A DNA stretch of 64,000 nt from Terriglobia bacterium (lineage in GTDB: Bacteria; Acidobacteriota; Terriglobia; Acidiferrales; UBA7541): positions 522,163 to 586,162 of the forward strand of contig CAVZXL010000007.1 in assembly GCA_963779275.1 (NCBI GenBank). Reading direction: 5' to 3'. Each line of letters opens with the position of its first letter. The stretch's first letter is position 1. Below the pieces are notes generated by a model, which was not told where the DNA came from, did not search any database, and saw only the letters and a list, made by a program, of their open reading frames with translations. The position numbers and the translations under genes were made by a program. Below are positions 1-11,338 of the stretch, in pieces.

Positions 1-54
1 GTCGTGGCCATCATCGGAACGCTCGACATTGTGCTCGGCGAGGTGGACAGGTAG
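1..54 (+). CDS. nuoD: NADH-quinone oxidoreductase subunit D, C-terminal end (partial, runs off the window)
   Basis: Frame 1 from nt 1 reads [17 protein letters not shown]. This matches the C-terminus of the second nuoD copy in this window ([16 protein letters not shown], ending at 21038). Confidence 0.8.
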   Translation, partial: VVAIIGTLDIVLGEVDR

Positions 55-58
55 CGCG

Positions 59-1378
59 ATGCATGCCGTGATCCAATACGTGATTTCGATTTGGGTGCCG
101 CTGGTCTGCGCCCTCGTCATCGTCGGCGTCCTGCCGCTGTGCACCGGATACATCGTGCTCATGGAACGCAAAGTCATGGCCGACATGCAGGCGCGGCTCG
201 GGCCTATGCGCGTTGGGCCTCATGGTTTGCTGCAGCCCATCGCGGACGCCGTAAAACTTCTGCTCAAGGAAGACATCATCCCGGATGAGGCCGACAAGGC
301 CATTTTCTGGATCGCGCCGCTGATTTCGGTAACTGCCGGAATGCTGGCGATTTCGCCGCTCGCGATTGGCCCGTGGTTCCAGATCGCGGATCTGAATGTC
401 GGGTTGCTCTTCATCGTGGGCATCAGCGCGCTGGGAATTTTCGGCATCGTTCTCGGCGGATGGTCCTCCAACAGCCACTATTCGCTGCTCGGGGCGCTGC
501 GCAGCGCCGCGCAACTGGTGAGCTACGAAACCGCGGCGGGCATGGCGATTGTGGGAACACTCCTGCTGGCCGGAACGCTTTCCACGCGCGAAATTATCGC
601 GGCGCAGAGCGATTACGGAACCTGGTTTATTTTTGCCGCGCCCGTGGGATTTTTTATTTACGTGGTCGCGTCCATCGCGGAAACCAATCGCGCGCCCTTT
701 GATTTGCCCGAAGCCGAATCCGAACTCGTCGCCGGATACATGACCGAATACAGCGGATTCCGCTGGGCGCTGTATTTCCTGGCCGAATACACCAACATGG
801 TCGTGGTCGCGTCGATCGCCACCACGCTGTTTCTGGGCGGATGGCTGCGGCCCTTTGCCGGAACGCCCGCGTTTAATTTCCTCGATTATTTTCCTTCGGC
901 GCTGATGATTTTCGTGGGCGCGTACTGCTTCTATCGCGCGCCGAAGCAGCCGGTAAAGGTGCAGCAACTTTTCATGATGGTTCTGGGCCTGGCATTCTTC
1001 GGTGTCGCGTTGATTCTGGGCGCGCCGCTGGTCGGCCGCGTGAATGAAATGCTTCCCGGACTCAAACCCGGATTGCACGGCGCGTTCTGGTTTCTGCTCA
1101 AGGTCGGATCGTACATTTATCTTTTCATGTGGCTGCGATTCACGTTCCCGCGTTACCGCTTCGACCAGCTCATGCGCCTGGGATGGCAGTTCCTGATCCC
1201 GCTGTCGATCGTCAACGTGATGGGCATCGGCCTGGCGCTGGTGCTGCACCGCCAATGGGGATGGAGCCACTGGACGGCGTTTCCCTTGACCACGGCCCTG
1301 ACGCTGCTCGTGGCCGGATGGCTCGGCTGGGCCGGAGAGAAGAAGGATAAGGAGCACGTGTTCGTAGGCGAATCGTAG
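59..1378 (+). CDS. nuoH: NADH-quinone oxidoreductase subunit H (cluster 1), uninterrupted
   Basis: Intact ORF (the track opens at 29; ATG 59, MHAVIQYV, is taken as the start). NuoH/ND1 motifs are present: [58 protein letters not shown]. Confidence 0.9.
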   Translation: MHAVIQYVISIWVPLVCALVIVGVLPLCTGYIVLMERKVMADMQARLGPMRVGPHGLLQPIADAVKLLLKEDIIPDEADKAIFWIAPLISVTAGMLAISPLAIGPWFQIADLNVGLLFIVGISALGIFGIVLGGWSSNSHYSLLGALRSAAQLVSYETAAGMAIVGTLLLAGTLSTREIIAAQSDYGTWFIFAAPVGFFIYVVASIAETNRAPFDLPEAESELVAGYMTEYSGFRWALYFLAEYTNMVVVASIATTLFLGGWLRPFAGTPAFNFLDYFPSALMIFVGAYCFYRAPKQPVKVQQLFMMVLGLAFFGVALILGAPLVGRVNEMLPGLKPGLHGAFWFLLKVGSYIYLFMWLRFTFPRYRFDQLMRLGWQFLIPLSIVNVMGIGLALVLHRQWGWSHWTAFPLTTALTLLVAGWLGWAGEKKDKEHVFVGES

Positions 1379-1384
1379 GTTTAA

Positions 1385-1485
1385 GTAGCACAGCCACTCC
1401 TGGCTGTGTGGTTTTGGCGATGGTGATGAATTTGGTGATGTAGTTGGGGCCTGGGAAATCACACAGCCAAGAGTGGCTGTGCTAC
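1385..1485. repeat. REP/MITE-like element with inverted ends GTAGCACAGCCACT...AGTGGCTGTGCTAC
   Basis: Two hairpins (CACAGCCACTCCTGGCTGTG and CACAGCCAAGAGTGGCTGTG) sit at the ends of a roughly 100-nt element between nuoH and nuoJ. Related copies lie at 9719, 32276 and 34952. Confidence 0.7.
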
Positions 1486-1537
1486 TGGGCGCCGCGGCAA
1501 ACAGGATTTAGTTTCAGGAGATAGGGATCACCAGAAA

Positions 1538-2042
1538 ATGCTCGATCAGATCGTATTTTATTTTTTCGCCGCACTGGCCGTGATTTCCGCGGTCCTGGTG
1601 GTGACGCGCCGCAACATCGTGCAGTGCGCGATTTTCCTGATCACCGCGCTGCTGGCGACGGCGGGCATCTTTCTGCAGTTGCATGCCGAGTTTCTGTTCA
1701 TCGTGCAGGTGATCCTGTACGCGGGCGGCATCATGGTGCTGTTCGTGTTCGTCATCATGCTCATCAACCTGGATGTTTCCATGCACCAGCGCAATACACC
1801 CGGCAATGGTGGCTGGGACTGCTGCTGGCGCTGGTGGTGGGCGCGCACCTGATCCTGGCCGTCGCGGTGGGCCGCTCGGTTCTGCCGTTCGGCGAGCCTG
1901 CCCGGCGACCATGCTCGAGCCCAGCACTCAGGTCGTGGGCAAAACGCTGTTTGGCGAGTACATGCTCCCGTTTGAGGTCGCGTCGATCCTGTTGCTGGTG
2001 GCCATGATCGGCGCGGTCGTGATGGCGAAGAAGAAGGTCTAG
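1538..2042 (+). pseudogene. nuoJ: NADH-quinone oxidoreductase subunit J (cluster 1), frame-disrupted as assembled
   Basis: ORF pieces 1538..1852, 1624..2007 (central QWWLGLLLALVVGAHLILAVAVG) and 1773..2042 (TLFGEYMLPFEVASILLLVAMIGAVVMAKKKV*) join into one NuoJ. At least 2 frame changes, near 1795 and 1905. Confidence 0.8.
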
Positions 2043-2050
2043 CGAGACAG

Positions 2051-2353
2051 ATGATACCTACAAGCCATTATTTATTTCTGAGCCTGGGAATGTTCACGAT
2101 CGGAATCATCGGCGTCGTGACCCGGCGCAACGTCATCATCATCCTGATGTCCATCGAGCTGATGCTTAACGCCGTGAACATCAACCTGGTGGCCTTTTCC
2201 CGCCTGGTCGGTTCGGCCGAAGGCCACGTGTTCGCGATTTTCATCATCACCGATGCCGCCGCGGAAGCCGCCGTCGGCCTGGGCATCATTATTTCCTTTT
2301 TCCGCAATCGCGAGACATTACTGGGCGACGAAATGGATTTGCTGAAGTGGTAA
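2051..2353 (+). CDS. nuoK: NADH-quinone oxidoreductase subunit K (cluster 1)
   Basis: Intact 100-aa ORF with [19 protein letters not shown] and [19 protein letters not shown], typical of NuoK/ND4L. Confidence 0.9.
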   Translation: MIPTSHYLFLSLGMFTIGIIGVVTRRNVIIILMSIELMLNAVNINLVAFSRLVGSAEGHVFAIFIITDAAAEAAVGLGIIISFFRNRETLLGDEMDLLKW

Positions 2354-2380
2354 GCGAATGGGGCGCGGACGGTCCTAAAC

Positions 2381-4463
2381 ATGATGCCGACTGAATACTT
2401 TCTGGCGCACATCTGGCTGATCCCGCTGTTTCCCCTGGCGGGCGCGGCGCTCATGCTGTTCATCGGCCGCCGTTTGCCCAATGCCGGAGTGAACGTAATT
2501 TGCGTCGGCAGCGTCTTCCTTTCGATGTGCTTCGCGTTCGGCGCGATCTGGCAATTGATTGCGCGGCCCGTGGAGGAGCGCGTGGTCAGCTACGCCCTCT
2601 TTGATTGGGTTCCCGCCGGCATCATGCACACCAATGCCGGGCGCGTCATGGATTTCCACGTGCCGTGGGGAGTCCTGATGGACCCGCTCACTGCCGTGAT
2701 GCTGCTCGTCGTCACCGGCGTCGGCTTCCTCATTCACGTGTATTCCACCGGGTACATGTCGCATGAAGGCGGCTACTACCGCTTCTTCGGCTACCTGAAT
2801 CTGTTCATGTTCTCGATGCTCACGCTCGTCCTGGCGAACAATCTGCTGCTGCTGTTCGTCGGGTGGGAAGGCGTCGGGCTGTGCAGCTACCTGCTGATCG
2901 GCTTTTATTTCCTGCGGAAGTCGGCGTCGGACGCCGGGAAGAAGGCGTTCATCGTCAACCGGATCGGCGACGCGGGCTTCCTGCTCGGCCTTTTCCTGAT
3001 GCTGGGCACGTTGGGCACGATTCAGTTCACGGAAATCGGTCCGGCCATCGCCGCGGGGCATTTCGCGATGGGCGACGCCGCGCTGACGGCGATTGCGCTG
3101 CTGCTTTCGTCGGCGCGACCGGGAAGTCGGCGCAGCTTCCGTTGTACGTCTGGCTGCCGGACGCGATGGAAGGCCCCACGCCGGTCAGCGCGCTGATCCA
3201 CGCGGCCACAATGGTGACGGCCGGCGTGTACATGGTCGCGCGCACGAACGCAGTGTTTTCGATGGCGCCGAAGGCGCTGGCGGTCGTCGCCGTGGTCGGC
3301 GCCGTCACGTCGATCTTCGCGGCGACGATGGGCCTGGTGCAGAACGACATCAAGCGCGTGCTGGCCTATTCGACGGTCAGCCAGCTGGGCTACATGTTCC
3401 TGGCCTGCGGCGTCGGCGCGTTCACCGCCGGCGTCTTTCACTTGATGACGCACGCGTTCTTCAAGGCCTGCTCTTCCTCGGATCGGGCAGCGTGATTCAC
3501 GCGCTGTCCGGCGAGCAGGACATGCGCAAGATGGGCGGCCTGTGCGAAAAATTCCGACGACGGCAAAAACTTTTGTCGTGGCGTCGATCGCGATTGCGGG
3601 CATTCCGCCGCTCGCGGGCTTTTTCAGCAAGGACGCGATTCTGGGCCACGCGTTTGAGTACAGCCCGATTCTCTGGCTGGTCGGTTTCCTCACCGCGGGC
3701 ATGACGGCGTTCTACATGTTTCGGCTCGTGAATATGACGTTCTTCGGCGATTCGCGCGTGTCGATCACGAAGTCGAGCACCACATCCACGAGTCGCCGAG
3801 TTCGATGACCGTGCCGCTGATGATCCTTGCCGTGCTTTCTATTGTCGGCGGCTGGGTCGGCTGGCCGGAATCGCTCGGCGGCAGCGACCGCTTCGCAAAT
3901 TCCTGGAACCCGTGATGGCCAAGCACGTGGAAGAGGCGCGGCGAAGCGGCCGCGGCGTCCAGCGGCCTCGATGGAATATTTGCTGATGCTGCCTCCGTGC
4001 TCATGGCCTGCGGCGGCATCTGGCTGGCGTACAGACTGGTACATCAAGCACCCGGAAGTGCCCGGCAAGATCGCCGCGGCGAGCCCAGTTCCTTACAAGC
4101 TGCTCTACAACAAGTATTACGTGGATCAGCTTTACGACGCGATGTTCGTGAATCGCGTGAAAGATCTGGCGCTAACGCTCGGGCGCATTCGACGTCGACA
4201 TCATCAACGGGCTGGGCGTGGACGGCTCCGGCTGGCTGACGCGCGTGACCTCCGAATTTCGGTCATCTGGGATTCCTGGATTGTGGACGGCCTGGTGAAT
4301 CTGGCGGCGCGAATCGTCATGGGTCTTCAGCTTGCCGGTGCGGATGCTGCAAACCGGGCGCGTTGGCGGGCTATGCGCTGTTCATGCTGCTCGGCGTGCT
4401 ATTTTCCTGGGCTATTACTTGAATTCGGGATACGCTGTCGAGCTGCTGCAAGAGTTGCATTAG
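2381..4463 (+). pseudogene. nuoL: NADH-quinone oxidoreductase subunit L (cluster 1), multiple frame disruptions
   Basis: Pieces 2381..3196, 2863..3495, 3093..3704, 3542..3808, 3997..4239 and part of 3827..5248. Motifs: [82 protein letters not shown]. The 3' end is inferred at TAG 4461..4463. Confidence 0.8.
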
Positions 4464-4482
4464 AAGAAGGCGAGGCAGGAAG

Positions 4483-6147
4483 ATGGAATTTTACAAACTC
4501 ATATCCTGACGGTGGTGCTTGTTCACGCCGCTGGTGGGGGCGATCGCTGCTGCTGTTCGTGCCGCGCGACAGCGAGACCGCGCACCGCGTGCATCGGCAA
4601 TCTGTTCGGCTTCCTCGGGCTGATCGTTTCGCTGCCGCTGATCTGGCGCTTCAGCCTGGACCCGACCGCGCCCGCTACCAGTTCCGCGAAACCTACGACT
4701 GGATTCCCTCCATCGGCGCGCACTACTCGCTGGGCATCGACGGCATCAGCCTGCTGCTGGTCATGCTGACAACGGTCCTGGGCGCGATCTCGATCCTTTC
4801 GTCCTGGAGCGCGATCAAGATGCGGACGAAGGAATACTACATCCTCTTCCTGCTGCTTCAGGTGGGCATGCTGGGCGTTTTCATGTCGCTCGATTTCTTC
4901 CTCTTCTACATGTTCTGGGAAGTGATGCTGGTGCCGATGTATTTCCTGATCGGCGTGTGGGGCAGCGACCGCCGCCTGTACGCCGCGATCAAATTCTTCC
5001 TGTATACCCTGGTCGGCTCGGTGATCATGCTGCTGGCAATCCTGGCGCTGTATTATCAAGGCAGGAGGCACGGGCAGCGCACATTCGACATTCCGACGCT
5101 GCTGGCGACGGCCCGCAGTTCTGATACGGCGACGCAGGTGCTGCTGTTCTGGGCTTCTTCTTCGCCTTTGCGATCAAGGTGCCGATGTTCCCGTTCCACA
5201 CCTGGCTGCCGGACGCGCACACCGAAGCGCCCACGGCGGGCTCCGTGATCCTGGCCGGCGTCTTGCTGAAGATGGGCACGTACGGATTCATCCGTTTCTC
5301 GCTGCCGCTGCTGCCGCAGGATGCCGCGGCGCGCCACAAGATCGTCACGATCATGATGGTGGTTTCGATCATCGGCATCATCTACGGCGCGCTGGTCTGC
5401 ATGATGCAGAAGGACATGAAGAAGCTGATCGCCTACAGCTCGGTGAGCCACCTGGGCTTCTGCACCCTCGGAATTTTCGCGCTTACGCCGCACGGGCTTT
5501 CCGGCAGCGTGATCCAGCAGATCAACCACGGAATTTCCACCGGCGCGCTCTTCTTGCTGTCGGCGTGCTGTACGAACGCCGGCACACGCGCTTGATTTCG
5601 GAATTCGGCGGGCTCTCGACGCCCATGCCGGATTTCGCCGCGATCTATATGATCGCCACGCTCAGCTCGCTGGGCTTGCCGCTGCTGAACGGATTCATCG
5701 GCGAGTTCACCATCCTGCGCGGCACGTACGAAGTGAGCATCAGATCGCGGCCTGGGCCGTGATCGGCATCGTCCTCGGCGCGGCGTACATGCTGTGGCTC
5801 TATCAGCGCGTGATGTTCGGACCGGTAACCAATCCCGCGAACGAGCATCTGGCGGACCTGAACACGCGCGAATATGCCACGCTGGTTCCCTTGGTCATTC
5901 TGGCTTCTGGATCGGCATTTATCCGAAGCCGCTATTCCGCGTGCTCGAACGGCCGGTGCAGCAGATCGTCACCCAGGTGAATCCCGGATATTACGGCGCG
6001 GCACGCGCGTGCCGCGGCGGCGCCTGCGGCACGCCGGCGGCTGAGGCAGCGGCTGCCATGCGCCGGCTGAGGGCAGATTTGCCTGCGAGTAGTCGACACG
6101 CCGGGAAACGAGCACTCGCGCTGGCCTCTTCCGGCGCGGCAAAGTAG
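4483..6147 (+). pseudogene. nuoM: NADH-quinone oxidoreductase subunit M (cluster 1), multiple frame disruptions
   Basis: ATG 4483 follows a purine-rich RBS. Pieces lie inside 3827..5248 (YDWIPSIGAHYSLGIDGISLLLVMLTT, FWEVMLVPMYFLIGVWG), plus 5179..5595 ([33 protein letters not shown]), 5565..5762, 5759..5980 and 5794..6147. The 3' end is uncertain. Confidence 0.75.
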
Positions 6148-6167
6148 GGACGAGGCGATGACGCCAT

Positions 6168-7696
6168 ATGCTTAAGCCGTTCCAGACATTCATGCAGCAG
6201 GATGGCGGCGGGCTGCTCCTGCCGGAGATGATGCTCGTCCTATTCGCGATGGGCATCCTGCTCACCGATCACCTGCTCGAAGCGCGCGACAAATATTTCA
6301 ACGCGCCTGATGGCGATGCTTGGCGTGATTTTCAGCGCATTTGCCTCTGGCAATTGCGCGCGGTGGCCGAACGCGGGCCGATCGGCTTCAGCAGCTCGCT
6401 GCATGGTCGATCCGTTCTTCCTGTTTTTCGGCATGATTTTCCTGATCGCCACGGCGCTGGTGATCTGCTTTCGGTGCGCTACCTGCAAATCGAAGATGAA
6501 AATCACGGCGAGTACTACGCCCTGATCCTGTTTGCCACGGTCGGCATGATGTTCATGGCCTCGGGCTACGACCTGATCGTGCAATTCCTCGGCCTGGAAA
6601 CGATGGCCATCAGTTTCTACGTCCTGACTGGATTCCTGCGGCGCGACAAGCGTTCCAACGAAGGCGCGGTGAAGTACCTGCTGCTGGGCGCATTCAGCTC
6701 GGCAATTCTGGCCTACGGTTTTTCGATCCTGTACGGCATGGCGCCATGGCCAACCTGAGCGCTCTTGGCCAACGCTGCCTCCCAGAACGAATCTGGACGT
6801 GATCGCCGTGGCAGTCGAGGTCCGCGGCCAGGACGACCTGCTGGTGATCCTGGCGCTGGTCACGGTGCGCCGGGCTATTCTTCAAGGTCGCCGCCGTCCC
6901 GTTCCACCAGTGGGCGCCTGACGTGTACGAAGGCGCCCCACGCCATCACCGCCTACATCAGCGTGGCGTCCAAGACGGCCAGCTTCGCACTGCTGCTGCG
7001 GCTGCTGCTCACCGTTTTCTGCCGGTGAACGTGGATTGGGTGATGCTCATCGCAGGCGTCGCCGTCGCATCGCTCACCATCGGGAAACCTCGCGGCCATC
7101 ACCAGACCAATGTCAAGCGCATGTGGCTTACTCCTCGATTTCGCACATCGGCTATATTTGCTCGGAATCGTGGCGGCCGCGATCGAGCGGCTCGGCTTCA
7201 TGACCGGTATGAAGGGCGTGGCATTCTACCTCTTCGTTTACGGATTCATGACCATCGGCGCCTTCGCCGTCCTCATCGTGCTGCAGCGGCAGGGAATCAT
7301 CGGCGACGAACTGGACGATCTCAACGGCCTGTACCGCCGCAGCCCGATGCCGCGCTGTGTGCTGCTGATTTTCATGCTTCGCTCGCGGGAATTCCGCCGC
7401 TGGCCGGCTTCGTCGGAAAGTATTTCATCCTCCAGGCGCTGATCCAACCGGCCACATTCGCCTGGCGCTGTTCGGCGCGCTCTACATTGTCCCGGCACTG
7501 TACTATTATTTCCGAATCGTCGCGCACGCCTACTTGTACGAGCCCGGAAACGCGCCTTCGCCAATCGTCACCATCGGGCAGAGGATCGCGTTCGCCGTGT
7601 TGTGTTTCGTGACGGTTGCCGCCGGAAATTATCCGAGCCGTTCGTTCGCCTCGCACCTACTCGCTGTTCTTCCCCACGGGATTCAGTGGCCACTGA
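6168..7696 (+). pseudogene. nuoN: NADH-quinone oxidoreductase subunit N (cluster 1), multiple frame disruptions
   Basis: Pieces 6168..6758 (LGLETMAISFYVLTGFLRRDKRSNEGAVKYLLLGAFSSAILAYG), 6765..7028, 7110..7442 (GVAFYLFVYGFMTIGAFAVLIVLQ), 6923..7612 (LAGIPPLAGFVGKYFILQALI). The C-terminus YSLFFPTGFSGH* is read ending at TGA 7694..7696. Confidence 0.75.
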
Positions 7697-7936
7697 AGAA
7701 CCAGCTCGCCTTCCTCCCACGCCGCGAAAACGGCCCGCAGAAGGCGTACGCCAGATTCTCCGATATAATGGAACTCCCTTCCGCTGGTTGCCAGCGTAGC
7801 CATTGGCGGCGGGATCGGGTATTAGCTGGACACGCGGATCCACACCTCACCGGTTTTTACCCTGGTTTTTGGGTTTCTGGGTTTTGCCGGGGAATGATCC
7901 AATTGGTGAGGCGTCTGTCGAAGGACACCAAGGACG

Positions 7937-8361
7937 ATGACGGAGCCTGATTCCATCTATCGGGCGGCCGAGCAGCGTATCGAGTGGATACGCTGGTTCT
8001 CGGAGGCTGGCGCCGCGGTTGTCCGCCGCGTTGGGGCTGGCGCCCGGCAGCGGGAGTGGCCCTTGGCGCGCTCCTCGCGTGGCTGAATTTCCGCTGGCTC
8101 AAGCAGGGAGTGCTGCGCCTGGTGGAATATCCGACCGCGCAGGCAGGTTCGGAACACGCCCGCGTGCCCGATGGGCGTCTACTGCCAAGTTCTTTGGCCG
8201 CTTCGCTTTGCTGCTGGTGGTGGTCTATGTTATTCTTTCGCGATCCTTGTTGCCGTGGCTGCGGTCCTCGGCGGGCTATTTGCGGTCGTTGCGGCCGTGA
8301 TGATCGAAGTGATATGTGGGAACTCGTAGGAGGCGTGCTGGGAACGGAAACACACATTTAG
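7937..8361 (+). pseudogene. atpI: ATP synthase protein I-like small membrane protein, frame-disrupted
   Basis: Pieces 7984..8361 (GVALGALLAWLNFRWLKQGV) and 8019..8300 (KFFGRFALLLVVVYVILSRSLLP). It lies immediately upstream of atpB. The assignment rests on position and hydrophobic pattern only. Confidence 0.45.
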
Positions 8362-8402
8362 AGCCAGTTTCATGAGGCTCAATCCCGGAGTCAACTGGAC
8401 AA

Positions 8403-9217
8403 ATGGAAGAGCAAGATTTTGAGTGTGACACAAACTGGTCAACGCGCTGCTGGGAAAGCCTGCGCTTGGCTTTGCTCGCGGCGCTGCACATTCATTCCGA
8501 AAATGCCGAGTACCCAATCCCAAATCACATCGCCATGGAATTGGTCGTTTTTCTAATTGCCGATTATCTTTTTCACATGGCTCAAGGGGCGGCTGTCGGT
8601 GGACGATCCCGGCGGCGCGCAGCAGTGCATGGAAGCGTTGCTGACGAATTCGATGGGCGTTGGCGCGCGGGACTTGCTCGAAGACACCGCCGGGCATAGC
8701 GGAGGGAAATACTTGCCGATGATTGGCAGCATTGGCATGTTTGTCTTGATGAGCAACTTGATCAGCCTGGTCCCGGGTTTTGCCTCCCCGACGGCCGAAA
8801 ATCCGTGCCCTGGGCTGCGCCATCGTCGTTTTTCTTTATTACAACTGGTGCGGCTGGTGCATCACGGCCCCCTCAGGTACGCCAAGAATTTCCTTGGGCC
8901 CGTTCTGGTGATGTCGCCGGATCATGTTTGTCGGTGGAGATTTTCAGCCATCTCGCCCGATTGCTCTCGCTCACGGTTCGTCTTTGGGTCAACATGCTGG
9001 TCAGCGAACTCCTATATGTCACGTTTCTCGGTTTGACCCTATCGCTGTTCTTCTTTGTTGGGAAGCTCAATGCGCTGGGTTATGCGTGGCGCCTCTTCCG
9101 CTGTTTGCTCCTTGCGTTTTTATTCTGCTTGCACATTTTTGTCGGATTCGTTCAGGCGTTTGTTTTCACGTTGTTGCCGATTATTTATTTCGGCGGCGCA
9201 GTGTCGAAGAGCACTAG
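8403..9217 (+). pseudogene. atpB: F0F1 ATP synthase subunit a, frame-disrupted
   Basis: Pieces 8403..8699, 8557..9036 (YLPMIGSIGMFVLMSNLISLVPGFASPTAE), 8805..9323 (VEIFSHLARLLSLTVRLWVNMLVSELLY, HIFVGFVQAFVFTLLPIIYFGGAV), 8924..9217. The conserved R (LSLTVRLWVNM) and the C-terminal helix motifs of subunit a are present. Confidence 0.75.
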
Positions 9218-9338
9218 TCGGGTAATTTTATGGTCTATTCATACCGGCATGCATCCGCTGACTCGCGTGAGCCCGGCTGTACGAGGGATGTCCGGGAACC
9301 ACCTCCGAGCGGCTAATTCCTAACGAAGGAGAAACACG

Positions 9339-9656
9339 ATGAAGAAGTATTCGATGATTCTGTTCGCCCTGTTGGCGGTTGCATTCCTTGCTCCGGCTGC
9401 GTTCGCGCAGACCGGCGGCGGATCCCGCGGCTGAGCGGACCAACTGGGTCGCCATCACTTCCGGGCTTTGCCATGGCGATCGCTTCGGCGGCTTGCGGTA
9501 CGCGCAAGCCCAGCGCGACCGTCTTCGGCCTGCGAAGGCCTGGCTCGCAATCCGGGCGCGGCCGCTCCGATCCGGTTCGCGCTGCTGCTGGCGCTGGTGC
9601 TGATCGAGTCGATGGCGCTGTACACGTTTGCCATCATTTTCGCGAAGGTGAAGTAA
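9339..9656 (+). pseudogene. atpE: F0F1 ATP synthase subunit c, frame-disrupted (about four frame changes in 318 nt)
   Basis: AAGGAG RBS upstream of ATG 9339. The C-terminal piece 9468..9656 reads ACEGLARNPGAAAPIRFALLLALVLIESMALYTFAIIFAKVK*. The middle pieces MAIASAACG and NWVAITSGL lie in the other two frames. Confidence 0.75.
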
Positions 9657-9678
9657 GCAATTTCGATTTAGTGTTCAG

Positions 9679-9717
9679 ACGGCACGCTCTCGAATTCGAG
9701 GGCGTGCCGTTTGTTTT
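9679..9717 (+). terminator. Rho-independent terminator after atpE
   Basis: Near-perfect palindrome ACGGCACGC-T-CTCGAATTCGAG-G-GCGTGCCGT (9679..9710) followed by TTGTTTT. Confidence 0.6.
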
Positions 9718-9718
9718 G

Positions 9719-9794
9719 GTAGCACAGGCTTCAGCCTGTGCGGGTTTTCTGAGGGTCGTTAAGGCAAACCCACACAGGCTGAAGCCTGCGCTAC
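9719..9794. repeat. REP/MITE-like element (GTAGCACAGGCTTCAGCCTGTGC ... CACAGGCTGAAGCCTGCGCTAC)
   Basis: Two hairpins with GCTTCAGC/GCTGAAGC centres and GTAGCAC/G(C)GCTAC ends, between the convergent atpE and nuoN genes. Confidence 0.7.
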
Positions 9795-9801
9795 TAAAGA
9801 C

Positions 9802-11246
9802 CTATCGGATATTGAGCGCGGCTTTGGGGCGAAGCCGATAATTCGGGCGGGGAATAATCCGGCGTAGATCGTGCCAGCCGCGGCGATCCAGAGCACGACG
9901 GAAAGCGTCCACGGCACGGGCTGCGGCGGAATTTCCGGTTGCCGGTTCGCGCATATACATCGCGACGATGACTCGCAGGTAATAGTAGGCGCCAATGACG
10001 CTGTTCAGGGCCAGCAGCACCGCGAGCCAGATCAGGTTGCGATCCAGCGCGGCGTTGAAGATGTAGAATTTCCCGAGAAAGCCCGCCGTGACGGGCAATC
10101 CCAACAGCGAAAGCAGGAAGACAGCGACAAGCAGGCGGCCATGGCGGCTGGCGCGTCCGAGGCCAGCGAAATCTTCGATGTCGACGTGGCGTTCGCCCGC
10201 GCCGCCCAGGTGCGCGACGATCAGGAACGCCCCCGCTTCACCAGCGCGTAACTCACAAGATAGAACAGCGCGGCGGCGATGCCCGCTTCCGGATGGTCCG
10301 TTGCGGCCGCGGCGGCGAGCGCGACCAGGATGTATCCCGCGTGCGCGATCGAGCTGTAGGCCAGCATGCGCTTCACGCTTGTCTGCACGATCGCCGACAG
10401 GTTTCCGGCAAACATGTGAGCGCGGCGGCGACCCAGAGCGCCCAGAACCACACGGCGCGGCGGCGTCCACGCTGGCCAGAATGCGCAGCGCCAGGGCGAA
10501 CGCGGCGGCCTTGGGTCCTGTTGAAAGAAGCGCGGTGACGGGAGCGGGCGCGCCTTCGTAGACATCCGGCGTCCAAAGCTGGAACGGGGGCGCGGCGACC
10601 TTAAACGCAAGGCCGATAAAAATAAATCCCAGGCCGAGCTTCAGCAGCGTGTCGAGGAATCGTTGGCGAGCGGCGTCATCAGATCGAGGTGCGTTGATCC
10701 GGTCGCGCCGAAAGACAAGCGCGATCCCGTACAGGAAAAAAGCCGTGGCGAACGAGCCCAGCAGAAAATACTTCATCGCCGCTTCGTTCGAGCGCGGGGC
10801 GTCGCGACGATAGCTCGCCAGAATGTAGGAGGCGATGGAACTCATTTCCAGCCCGACGAACGCCGTGACAATTCGTGGGCTCCGGCCATCACGCCCATGC
10901 CCGCCGTGGCAACAGAATCAGCGCGCAAAACTCGCCGGCATCCAGATTTTCGCGCTGCAGGTAACCGATCGAGCCCAGAATCGCCGAGGAACGCCACGCC
11001 GCAAACGATCCAGTGGACGAACAGGCTGAAGGCGTCCGCGCGGAACAGCCCGAATAGCGACGCCCGGATGCAGTCGCGGGAAACAGCGTGGCGACCAGCG
11101 CCAGGCAGCGCCGAGCAGGCGAAATGAACGCCAGCACGCCATGGCTCGCCCTGGGCACGACGGGGCGAGAAACATGACGAGCATCCCGAACCCGCAGAGC
11201 ACGATTTCCGGCGCGATCCGGTACAGGTCTTGAGTGGCGGGAACAT
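9802..11246 (-). pseudogene. nuoN: NADH-quinone oxidoreductase subunit N (cluster 2), frame-disrupted
   Basis: Pieces 10842..11246 (MFPPLK), 10918..11202, 9802..10845 (NEAAMKYFLLGSFATAFFLYGIALVF; [36 protein letters not shown]; GLPVTAGFLGKFYIFNAAL), 10221..10610 ([22 protein letters not shown]). Confidence 0.75.
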
Positions 11247-11338
11247 TTATTTCGATTTCACCGTGTCCGCCGCGCTTCCGGACGCCGCGGCGTTCGACCG
11301 GCGGCGGACGGAGGCGCGATCCATATCCGATGCTGCTC

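Noticed and set aside
11-1462. A 483-aa ORF on the - strand covering all of nuoH
   Set aside because: It is antisense to a well-supported NuoH ORF. The translation is Arg/Gln/His/Pro-rich low complexity with no recognisable domain. This is a typical shadow ORF in high-GC DNA.
1379-1537. A hidden nuoI (or nuoB) in the short spacers between nuo genes (also 15675..15699 and 22736..22739)
   Set aside because: The spacers are 159 nt (occupied by a REP element), 25 nt and a 4-nt overlap. NuoI and NuoB each need roughly 450-550 nt. No CxxCxxCxxxCP ferredoxin motif appears in any frame there.
7764-7769. A perfect TATAAT hexamer upstream of atpI as the atp promoter
   Set aside because: There is no acceptable -35 element at 16-19 nt spacing and no extended -10 TG motif. 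A single hexamer is expected by chance in 64 kb, so it is not reported as a feature.
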